Source of the DNA: Dehalococcoidia bacterium
GTDB taxonomy: Bacteria > Chloroflexota > Dehalococcoidia > Lucifugimonadales > Australimonadaceae
Reading direction: 5' to 3'
NCBI GenBank assembly: GCA_965242755.1
Contig: OZ251500.1
Coordinates: 1,921,339 to 1,985,338, forward strand
DNA: 64,000 bases
In this document: positions 1 to 7,202 of the stretch, in pieces
How the letters are laid out: the number at the start of each line of letters is the position of its first letter
How positions within the stretch are numbered: position 1 is the first letter of the stretch
Translations under genes and position numbers: made by a program
The notes under the pieces: generated by a model
Databases searched by the model: none
What the model saw: the letters and a program-made list of their open reading frames with translations, nothing else
What the model was told of the DNA's origin: nothing

Positions 1-453
1 GAGGCCGAGGAACGTGTAGACCTTCCCCATCCAAGCGGCGTCGCGCTGGGCGAGGTAATCGTTGACGGTGACGACGTGGACGCCCTCGCGGGACAGCGCG
101 TTGAGGTAGACGGGAAGCGTGGCGACGAGCGTTTTGCCCTCGCCGGTTTTCATCTCCGCGACTTTGCCCTCGTGGAGAACCTTGCCGCCGATGAGTTGGA
201 CGTCGAAGTGGCGGAGGCCGATGGTTCGCCGCGCGGCCTCGCGGACGACGGCGAACGCCTCCGGGAGGAGGCCGTCCGGCGTTTCGCCGTTGGCGATGCG
301 CTCGCGGAACTCGACGGTCTTGGCGGCGAGCGCGCCGTCCGGCAGCGCGGCCATCGCCTCCTCAAGGCGGCCGACGGCGTCCACGAGCCCCCGATAGCGC
401 TTCACCTGCTTCTCGTTGGAGTCGCCGAAGACATTGAGCAGTTTGCCGATCAT
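1..453 (-). CDS. secA: Preprotein translocase ATPase SecA, N-terminal 151 codons (gene continues past the window start)
   Basis: My own reverse-strand translation from ATG (453-451) reads [25 protein letters not shown]...[71 protein letters not shown]. This is the canonical SecA N-terminus including the MKTGEGKT Walker A. It is absent from the ORF track because it runs off the edge. Confidence 0.9.
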   Translation of the reverse strand, partial: MIGKLLNVFGDSNEKQVKRYRGLVDAVGRLEEAMAALPDGALAAKTVEFRERIANGETPDGLLPEAFAVVREAARRTIGLRHFDVQLIGGKVLHEGKVAEMKTGEGKTLVATLPVYLNALSREGVHVVTVNDYLAQRDAAWMGKVYTFLGL

Positions 454-494
454 GGGGCTATTCTATCAGGGCGGAGTGGGGGGCGGCCCGCCCT

Positions 495-960
495 ACCCTA
501 CCCTCTCCCAGAGGGAGACCTTTGCATAACTTCCGGCGGCCAGTAGGTTCCCGCTTTCGCGGGAATGACGGTCGTGGAGGGGTAGGTTCCCGCTTTCGGG
601 GGCGTGGCGCCGGGGGATGGCTTGGGGACGGGGCGCGTGGTGCCCGTCTCATGGCGCTGCGCGGCGGGTGGGTTCGCGGCTGCGCGGTCAGGGCGGTAGG
701 TTATGCAAAGGTCTCCAGAGGGAGAGGGAATCAAACTGAGCGCCTATCGTCCTCTCCTCTGGGAGAGGACGCTGCGAAGCAGCGGGTGAGGGTTCGGGGG
801 ACGGAACCACCCTCATCCTAACCCTCTCCCAGAGGAGACCGTTGCACCCCAATGCCGCCCTGCCCGCGTAGGCGGGAACCCAGTCGGCGCGATAGCGCTT
901 GCCTGACCCCCTCTCCCGCTGGGCGGGAGAGGGATGGGGTGCGGGTGGGAGCCGTGACCC
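495..960. repeat. Intergenic cluster of the window-wide palindromic/MITE-like repeat modules
   Basis: The secA-thiL spacer is built almost wholly from four module types: CCCTCTCCC-N3-GGGAGAGGG hairpins, GGTTCCCGCTTTCGCGGGAA hairpins, CCCGCGTAGGCGGGAA hairpins, and GGAGACCTTTGCATAAC ends. The same modules recur in at least 14 other spacers of this window. Confidence 0.75.
514..716. mobile_element. MITE-like non-autonomous element (203 bp) with perfect 17-bp terminal inverted repeats
   Basis: GGAGACCTTTGCATAAC at 514-530 is the exact reverse complement of GTTATGCAAAGGTCTCC at 700-716. The interior carries the CCCGCTTTCGCGGG hairpin modules. The element has no coding capacity. Confidence 0.5.
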
Positions 961-973
961 GCGAAGCCCCGCC

Positions 974-1966
974 TCACCCAAAGCGCTCCCAGCCCGCCGC
1001 GCGCCATGCGACAGGCTTCCCTTGCGCGTCGAGGAACGCGGCGGCGCCCGGCGCGCCCTCTTCCAACTCGCCGATGAGCGCGCTTCCGGGCAGGGCGGCG
1101 ACCGCCGCATCCGCGATTGACGGCGGCGCCGCGAACAGCAACTCGTAGTCCTCGCCGCCCTCGACCGCCAGCCGGAGCGCGTCGCCGGGGCGCTCCTCCG
1201 CGAGCGCGTCCGCGACGGGAACGCGCGCCGTCTCCACTCGCGCCGCGAGGCCGCTCGCCCGCGCCAGTTTCCGAACGTCCGCCGCCAAGCCGTCGGAGAC
1301 GTCCATCGCGCACCGGACGCCCAGACGCCGCAGCGCGAGCCCCGCGTCCACTCGCGCGGACGGCCTGCGGTGCGCTTGCACCAAACTCCGCCGCGCCTCG
1401 CTGTCCGGCTCCGCGCCGCCCTCCAGCAGCAGCAGGCCGCCCCGCGAGGCGCCGAGCGGCCCCGTCACGCACAGCGCGTCGCCGGCGCGCCCCGCCGACC
1501 GCATGAGCGGAGCGCCGTCGCAGGCGCCCGTCATCGTCACGGACACGAACGCCGTCGGCGAACTCACGACGTCGCCCCCCGCGAGCGCCGTTCCGTAGGC
1601 GGCGCACGCCTCCAGCAGGCCGTCGTAGAGCGCGTCAAGCGCGCGGAGCGGAAGCGACGGCGGCAGCCCTAGCGCGACCAGCCCCGCGACGGGCTCCGCC
1701 CCCATCGCCGCAATGTCGCTCACGTTGGAGACCCACGCCTTCCAGCCGACGTCCGCCCATGAGGAGGTCGAGGCGCGGAAGTGCTCGCCCTCGACCATCG
1801 CGTCGGACGTCACGACCTGCAGGCCGTCCGCGCGCCACGCCGCCGCGTCGTCCCCGATCCCGACGGCGAGGCGCCCGCCGGTCGTCCGGTCCGCTCCGGC
1901 GTCGCGGACGCGCGACGCGATGCGCTCGATCAGCGCGGCCTCTCCCAAATCCGCCAGCGTAGTCAT
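974..1966 (-). CDS. thiL: Thiamine-monophosphate kinase
   Basis: ORF 974..2230, trimmed to the internal ATG at 1966 (MTTLADLGEAALIERI...). It shows AIR-synthase-like ThiL hallmarks: GIGDDAA, VVTSDAMVEGEHF, VSNVSDIAAMGA, GGDVV, DVSDGL, GGEDYELLF. Confidence 0.85.
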   Translation of the reverse strand: MTTLADLGEAALIERIASRVRDAGADRTTGGRLAVGIGDDAAAWRADGLQVVTSDAMVEGEHFRASTSSWADVGWKAWVSNVSDIAAMGAEPVAGLVALGLPPSLPLRALDALYDGLLEACAAYGTALAGGDVVSSPTAFVSVTMTGACDGAPLMRSAGRAGDALCVTGPLGASRGGLLLLEGGAEPDSEARRSLVQAHRRPSARVDAGLALRRLGVRCAMDVSDGLAADVRKLARASGLAARVETARVPVADALAEERPGDALRLAVEGGEDYELLFAAPPSIADAAVAALPGSALIGELEEGAPGAAAFLDAQGKPVAWRAAGWERFG

Positions 1967-2025
1967 TTCCGGTATTATCGCAAACGCGGGCGCGGGCAAA
2001 TCGCGCGCCCCCGAATCGAGGCGCA

Positions 2026-3591
2026 ATGCCGCGACGCTCCTTTGCTCTCTCCGCTCTGGTCGCGCCGGTTCTGATCGCGTCCGCCGTATGGACGGGTTGC
2101 GCCTCCACGGCCTACACGCCGGAGCCCGCGCCGCCGTCCGCCACGGCGACCGTCCCATCGCCGTCAGTGGACGCGCCAACGCTCCCCGCGGTGACAGCGA
2201 CCGCAACCGCCGCGCCAAGCCCCGCCGCATCCCCGGACGCCGCGACTCCTGAAATCGACGCGCCCTACGACGCCAACGACGCGATGTGGCGCACCTACTC
2301 CGGACTCGGCCACGAGCCGGGGACGACGCTGGGCGCTATAGCGGACGCCGTCGCCGCGAACGACGTCTCCCAAGCGCCCGTCATCGTGGAGGTCTTGCGC
2401 TTTTGGGGCGGCGGCGCCGTCAACGAGGCGTACCGCGCCGCCCTCGAGCAGTTCACGGGGCAGGACTTCTGGCTCGACGCCCGCCCGTGGAACGCCGCGA
2501 TGGAATGGCTCGGCCCCCGCCGCGCCGAATTCGCGCCCCCCTCCGAATATCCGCAATGGAAGGCCAACCTCCTCGCGATCATTGACCCGCGAATGGCCGC
2601 CTTCCTCACGTCCGTCCCCGGCTCGGAGCGCATCGACCTTGCGGAAATCGCATGGGGAGGCGTCCGAACCGACGGCATTCCCGACCTGCGGTCGCCCCCG
2701 ACGCTCGCCGCGAGCGAGGCTGATTACCTCGACCCGCGCGACCGCGTGTTCGGCGTCTCGATCAACGGCGAGCATCGCGCCTATCCGCTCCGCATTATGA
2801 ATCCGCACGAAATGGCCAACGATACGCTGGGAGGCGAACCCATCGCGCTCGCCTACTGAACGCTCTGCTTCGCCGGAATCGTGTATTCCGCAAAGATCGA
2901 CGGGGAGCCCACAACGTTCGGCACGTCGGGAATGCTCTACCGCAGCAACAAGTTGATGTACGACCGCGCGACCGAGTCGCTCTGGAATCAGTTCACCGGC
3001 GAGCCCATCGCCGGGCCGCTCGCCGCGAGCGGAATCCGCCTGCAGTTCTTCCCGTCCGTTCTCACGACGTGGGAGGAATGGCTGGCCGAGCATCCCGACG
3101 CGACCGTCTTGGACGTCGAGACGGGCGTCTACCCCTCCGACGTCTACCGCAACGAATGGGAGCCCGACGCGATCTACTACGCCTACTTCAACTCGCCGCA
3201 GACGATGTTCCCCGTCTTCGGACGCAGCGGCGACCTCGCGCAGAAAGAGACGGTCATCGGCGTCCGCATCGGCGGCGAGGCGAAAGCCTACCCCGTGTCC
3301 GCGTTCGCCGAGGAGCCCGTGATCAACGACGCCGTCGGCGGGCGGGCCATTGCGCTCATCGGGCGGAGCGCGTTCGGCGAGGCGCGCGTCTACGAGCGGG
3401 GCGGCGAAACGTTCGCGCCGGCGGACGGCGGCGGAGTCCGCAGCGCGGACGGCGCGCTCTGGACGCCCGGCGAGGACGCGCTGACGGAGGTCGGCGGCCC
3501 GCGAACGCTCCCCCGCATCCCATCGATAACGTCGTTCTGGCACGGCTGGCGCTCGTTCCACCCCGACGCGGCGCTTTATGGGGGCGGCTAA
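2026..3591 (+). CDS. DUF3179-family lipoprotein interrupted by one in-frame TGA (2857-2859). Either a selenoprotein (UxxC) or a pseudogene.
   Basis: ORFs 2026..2859 and 2881..3591 are in the same frame. The N-terminus has a lipobox (AVWTGC). The junction reads GEPIALAY-TGA-TLCFAGIVYS...FGTSGMLYRSNKLMYDRATESLWNQFTGEPIAG, which matches the DUF3179 core (..YCPLCG..SGLLY..L.YDR.T.SLW.Q). The TGA falls where the first Cys of the CxxC lies. Confidence 0.6.
2868..2895 (+). other. SECIS-like stem-loop downstream of the in-frame UGA
   Basis: CGGAAT (2874-2879) pairs with ATTCCG (2885-2890) around the loop CGUGU. The stem is extended by imperfect CUUCG/CAAAG pairing. The apical loop starts 20 nt after the UGA and contains GU. 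Confidence 0.3.
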
Positions 3592-3621
3592 GGCTCGCGG
3601 ACTCAGCCCACCCCTCTCGAC

Positions 3622-4125
3622 CTATTGCCCGGACTGAACGGCCTCCGCCATGCGGTCTGCGATTCGGATGAATCCATCCAACGACGGGAGCATCTCGATG
3701 GGCAAGTGCGTAAAGACTTCCTCTTCTCCGGTCGTCGAGTCGAATAAATGGCAGTGCAGGCCAAGCCAGTGATGGCTCATATCGTACCTAATGAGTTGCC
3801 GGCTCGAGGCGTACAGCCAAGCGTGGTAGGAGTAGCGCGCGCCCTTGACCTCCGGGGCGGCGCGCGAGCGGCGGACGTCCAGCCGCATGTCAACGCTTAT
3901 CGCGAGGTCGAATCGGCAACGCAGTTGGCCAACGATGCGAACCGCGATCAGCCTGCCGCGTTCTCTGCTCTCCCGGACGGACAGCCGGTCTTCGAGGAGA
4001 ATGCCCTCGTTCTCTAGCGCTTTGAGGAGGCGGTAGTGGACGTTCCGGTAGTCGTCGTAGGGATGCCAGTCATACGGCCAGACCGCTCCGCCAGCAACGT
4101 CAGGTCGTGGTAGACGTTCATCCAT
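3622..4125 (-). CDS. Hypothetical protein resembling DUF6516/TumE-type toxin
   Basis: 167-aa ORF in a visibly lower-GC patch. The segment YSYHAWLYASSRQLIRYDMSHHWLGLHCHLF resembles the RYDNaPHH...HKH signature I associate with DUF6516. Family assignment is from memory only. Confidence 0.4.
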   Translation of the reverse strand: MDERLPRPDVAGGAVWPYDWHPYDDYRNVHYRLLKALENEGILLEDRLSVRESRERGRLIAVRIVGQLRCRFDLAISVDMRLDVRRSRAAPEVKGARYSYHAWLYASSRQLIRYDMSHHWLGLHCHLFDSTTGEEEVFTHLPIEMLPSLDGFIRIADRMAEAVQSGQ

Positions 4126-4322
4126 TCGCAGATTTCTCCGGTTTGCGCGGCCCTGCCTTCCCTGACCGCCTCTAGCATGTCTTGCGAACTGCAGCCGTGC
4201 CGCCGCTCGTAAGCCCGCGCTTGCTCGCGGAGTTCGGCCAACTCCTCATCGACGGTTTGCGTGACCGTTCGGCTCCGCCAGTACTCCGCCGCTTCGGCCG
4301 CCTCTTTCCCAGTCGGTTGCAT
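4014..4322 (-). CDS. Small upstream partner ORF (putative antitoxin/adaptor)
   Basis: 102-aa ORF directly upstream of 3622..4125 on the same strand. It is helical and acidic (EELAELREQARAYERRHG). Its Thr-rich tail overlaps the downstream ORF out of frame by 112 nt. Confidence 0.35.
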   Translation of the reverse strand: MQPTGKEAAEAAEYWRSRTVTQTVDEELAELREQARAYERRHGCSSQDMLEAVREGRAAQTGEICEWMNVYHDLTLLAERSGRMTGIPTTTTGTSTTASSKR

Positions 4323-4373
4323 GGAACCCTCCTGCGACGTCGCTTAGTATAGCGCCTGCGCGCCCGGTGCCGT

Positions 4374-4403
4374 TTGACCCCGCAGCCGCAAGCGGCCTAG
4401 ACT
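4374..4403 (+). promoter_or_regulatory. Candidate sigma-70-like promoter for the dehydrogenase/amidase genes
   Basis: TTGACC (4374-4379), an 18-nt spacer, then TAGACT (4398-4403), about 50 nt upstream of ATG 4452. Confidence 0.25.
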
Positions 4404-4451
4404 GCCCCGTAATTGCCTGCGCCCCGCGCCGGGCGCGGGAGAGGAGAGGCT

Positions 4452-5342
4452 ATGCGGATCGGGTTCATCGGGCTGGGCAATATGGGCGGGCCGATGGCGC
4501 GCAACCTGATGCAGGCCGGCCACGACCTCGTCGTCCACGACATCGACGAGGCGAAGACCGCTCCGCACCGCGAGGCGGGAGCGGAATGGGCGGCGTCGCC
4601 GGAGGAGGTCGCCCGCCGCGCCCCCGTCGTGCTGACCTCGCTCCCCGGCCCCGACGAGGTCGAGGCGGTCGCGCTCGGCCCGCAAGGGCTCGCGCAGGGC
4701 CTCGGGCCCGGCTCCGTCTACGTCGACACGTCAACCGGGTCGCCGTCGCGGATTCGGAAGGTCGCGGAGCGCGTCGAGGCGACCGGCGCGCGGATGCTCG
4801 ACGCCCCGGTGAGCGGCGGAACGCTCGGCGCCGAGGCGGGAACGCTCGCCGTGATGGTCGGCGGCGACGAAGAGACGTTCCGCGAACTGCTGCCCGTGTT
4901 CGAGGCGATCGGAAAGGGCATCATCCACGCCGGGCCCATCGGCGCGGGAACCGTCGCCAAACTCGCGCACAACTCCATCTCCCTCACGACGCGGATCGTC
5001 GTGCAGGAGGGCATGGCGCTCGCGGCGAAGGCGGGCGTCAAGCCGGAGGTGATGCTGCAGGCGCTGCGGGAGGCCGCGTTCGGCAAGCAGACGCTGCTCC
5101 TGCAGATACCGAACGTCGTGTTCCTCCGCGACTTCCAAACGCCCCGCTTCACGCTGAACCTCGCGCGGAAGGACTTGCGCCTCGGACAGGAACTCGCGGA
5201 GGAGTCCGGCGCCCCGATGGAACTCGCGGCGATGGCGCTCCGCGTCCAGGATGAGGCCGCCCGCCGCGGCTGGGGCGAGTGGGACAACCTCGCGACCTTC
5301 CTGCTCGCCGAGGAGCGCGCAGGCGTGGAGATGCGGACGTGA
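4452..5342 (+). CDS. NAD(P)-dependent 3-hydroxyisobutyrate dehydrogenase-family oxidoreductase
   Basis: MRIGFIGLGNMGGPMARNL Rossmann N-terminus, plus DAPVSGG and GAGTVAKLAHN motifs. The start is moved to the ATG at 4452, which is preceded by GAGGAGAGG. Confidence 0.85.
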   Translation: MRIGFIGLGNMGGPMARNLMQAGHDLVVHDIDEAKTAPHREAGAEWAASPEEVARRAPVVLTSLPGPDEVEAVALGPQGLAQGLGPGSVYVDTSTGSPSRIRKVAERVEATGARMLDAPVSGGTLGAEAGTLAVMVGGDEETFRELLPVFEAIGKGIIHAGPIGAGTVAKLAHNSISLTTRIVVQEGMALAAKAGVKPEVMLQALREAAFGKQTLLLQIPNVVFLRDFQTPRFTLNLARKDLRLGQELAEESGAPMELAAMALRVQDEAARRGWGEWDNLATFLLAEERAGVEMRT

Positions 5343-5415
5343 CCGGCGGCGAGACGACGACGCTCGCGGCGTCCGCGCTAACGGCGGCGCGGCGCGGGCG
5401 GACGGGAGGCGAAGC

Positions 5416-6843
5416 GTGAACGACCTTGTGAAACTCACGGCCCGGGAAGCCGTAGACCGGCTGGCGGCGCGGGAAATCTCCCCGGTCGAACTGGTGGACG
5501 CGGCGGCGGAGCGCATCGCGGAGACGGACGGCGCAGTGAACGCGCTGCCCACCCTCGCCGTCGAGCGCGCCCGGGCGCATGCGGCGCGCCTCACCGCGGA
5601 CGGGCCGCCCTCCGATCCGCCCCCGGGCTATCTGCACGGCCTGCCCGTCGCCGTGAAAGACCTCAAGGACGTCGCCGGCGTCCGCTCGACGCGAGGCTCG
5701 CTCATCTACAAGGACTACGTCCCCGAGCGGTCGGACTACCTGGTCGAGAACATCGAGGCGATGGGGGGCGTCGTCTTGGCGAAGTCCAACACGCCGGAGT
5801 TCGGCGCCGGCGCCAACACCTTCAACGAGGTGTTCGGCAAGACGCGGAACCCGTGGGACACGCGAATGACGTGCGGGGGCTCGTCGGGCGGCGCGGCGGT
5901 CGCCTTGGCGACGGGGCAGGTTTGGCTCGCCACGGGCAGCGACTTGGGCGGCAGCCTGCGAATCCCCGCCAGTTTCTGCTCGGTCGTCGGCCTGCGCCCA
6001 ACGCCGGGGCGCGTCCCCCACGGGCCGAAGGAACTACCGTTCGCAACGCTCTCCGTCGAGGGCCCGATGGGCCGGACGGTGGGCGATACGGCGTTGTTCC
6101 TGGACACGCAAGCGAGCGGCGCGCAGCCGGTGGATCCGATCAGCCTGCCGCGCCCGGAGCGCCCGTTCCTAGAGGCGGCGGACTCCCCCCGCGCGCCGGG
6201 CCGCGTGGCGTACTCCCCCGACCTCGGCATCGCGCCGGTGGATGCGGAAGTCCGCGAAATCTGCGGGCGCGCCGCCGCGCTGTTTGAGGCGATGGGCGCC
6301 GACGTCGCGGAGGACGCGCCCGATTTGTCGGACGCGGAGCCGATCTTTCAGACGCTCCGGGCGGCGCAATTCGCCGCGCTCTACGGCAAGCACCTGCAAG
6401 ACAACGGCGACCTGATCAAGCCGGAGTTGCGGGGGAACATTGAGCAAGGGCTCGTCTTCTCCGCCGGCGAAGCGAACGCGGCGGAGGCGGCGCGCGGCGC
6501 GCTCTACCACCGCGCCGCCGCCTTCTTCGAGCGCTATGACGTCCTGGCCTGCCCTACCGTGCTCGTTCCGCCGTTCGACGTCAACGAGCGCTACGTCGCG
6601 GAGGCGGGCGGCGTCCGATTCGCCACCTACACGGGCTGGCTGCTGATGTCGTTCGCGCTGACGCTGACCGCCTGCCCGTCCATCTCCGTGCCGTGCGGAT
6701 TCACGCAATCGGGGCTGCCCGTCGGCCTGCAACTGACGGCGCCGCGCGCGGGAGAGGCCGCGCTCCTGTCGGCGGCGGCGGCGTTCGAAGAGGCCGCGGG
6801 CCTCGCCGGCAGCGTTCCGATAGACCCGGTCGTCAGGCATTAG
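5416..6843 (+). CDS. Amidase (amidase-signature family)
   Basis: GLPVAVKDL, the GGSSGGAAVALATG signature, and GSDLGGSLRIPASFC. The start is set to GTG 5416 after the GGGAGG RBS. The ORF-track N-terminal extension is Arg/Ala-rich junk that overlaps the upstream gene. Confidence 0.85.
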   Translation: MNDLVKLTAREAVDRLAAREISPVELVDAAAERIAETDGAVNALPTLAVERARAHAARLTADGPPSDPPPGYLHGLPVAVKDLKDVAGVRSTRGSLIYKDYVPERSDYLVENIEAMGGVVLAKSNTPEFGAGANTFNEVFGKTRNPWDTRMTCGGSSGGAAVALATGQVWLATGSDLGGSLRIPASFCSVVGLRPTPGRVPHGPKELPFATLSVEGPMGRTVGDTALFLDTQASGAQPVDPISLPRPERPFLEAADSPRAPGRVAYSPDLGIAPVDAEVREICGRAAALFEAMGADVAEDAPDLSDAEPIFQTLRAAQFAALYGKHLQDNGDLIKPELRGNIEQGLVFSAGEANAAEAARGALYHRAAAFFERYDVLACPTVLVPPFDVNERYVAEAGGVRFATYTGWLLMSFALTLTACPSISVPCGFTQSGLPVGLQLTAPRAGEAALLSAAAAFEEAAGLAGSVPIDPVVRH

Positions 6844-6911
6844 CCGCCGGACAGGAGCGTTAGCCGTCGGACATGAGCGTTAGCCGACGGACGTTAGGAG
6901 GCGTTAGGGCG

Positions 6912-7127
6912 ATGTGGCGTTTGCAGATCGCGGCGGGGCTCGCCTGGGTCGTCGTAACGACGGCGGTCGCGCTGCTGCTGTTTCGCGGCGCGTCGGCGGC
7001 GTCGGAGGCGGGGCTGATCGCGGAGCCTGCGAGCGGGCAGATGCTCGTCGCCGTCGCATCGGCGGTCGTGTTCGGCCTGCCCGGGGTCGCGCTCGCCGCG
7101 CTCGGCTGGCGGAGCCGTCGGGGGTAG
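6912..7127 (+). CDS. Small two-TM membrane protein (hypothetical)
   Basis: MWRLQIAAGLAWVVVTTAVALLLF...VVFGLPGVALAALGW. The ATG at 6912 follows AGGAGG. The ORF is flanked by short tandem repeats (GCGTTAGCCGnCGGAC x3 upstream, GGGTAGGGC x3 downstream). Confidence 0.35.
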   Translation: MWRLQIAAGLAWVVVTTAVALLLFRGASAASEAGLIAEPASGQMLVAVASAVVFGLPGVALAALGWRSRRG

Positions 7128-7202
7128 GGCGGGTAGGGCGGGTAGGGCGGGCGCGGGCGGCGCAACGGCGCTGGCGCATTCTCGCGGCGTACAATCGCCC
7201 TT

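Noticed and set aside
495-960. Possible CRISPR array, given the many short palindromic repeats in intergenic regions (also 19378-19806 and 43300-43530)
   Set aside because: There is no regular repeat-spacer periodicity. The modules are heterogeneous, occur in both orientations, and are scattered in single spacers across the whole window. No cas genes are present.
2164-3561. 465-aa minus-strand ORF
   Set aside because: It is antisense to the DUF3179 gene, which has clear family motifs, and no motif is recognisable in it.
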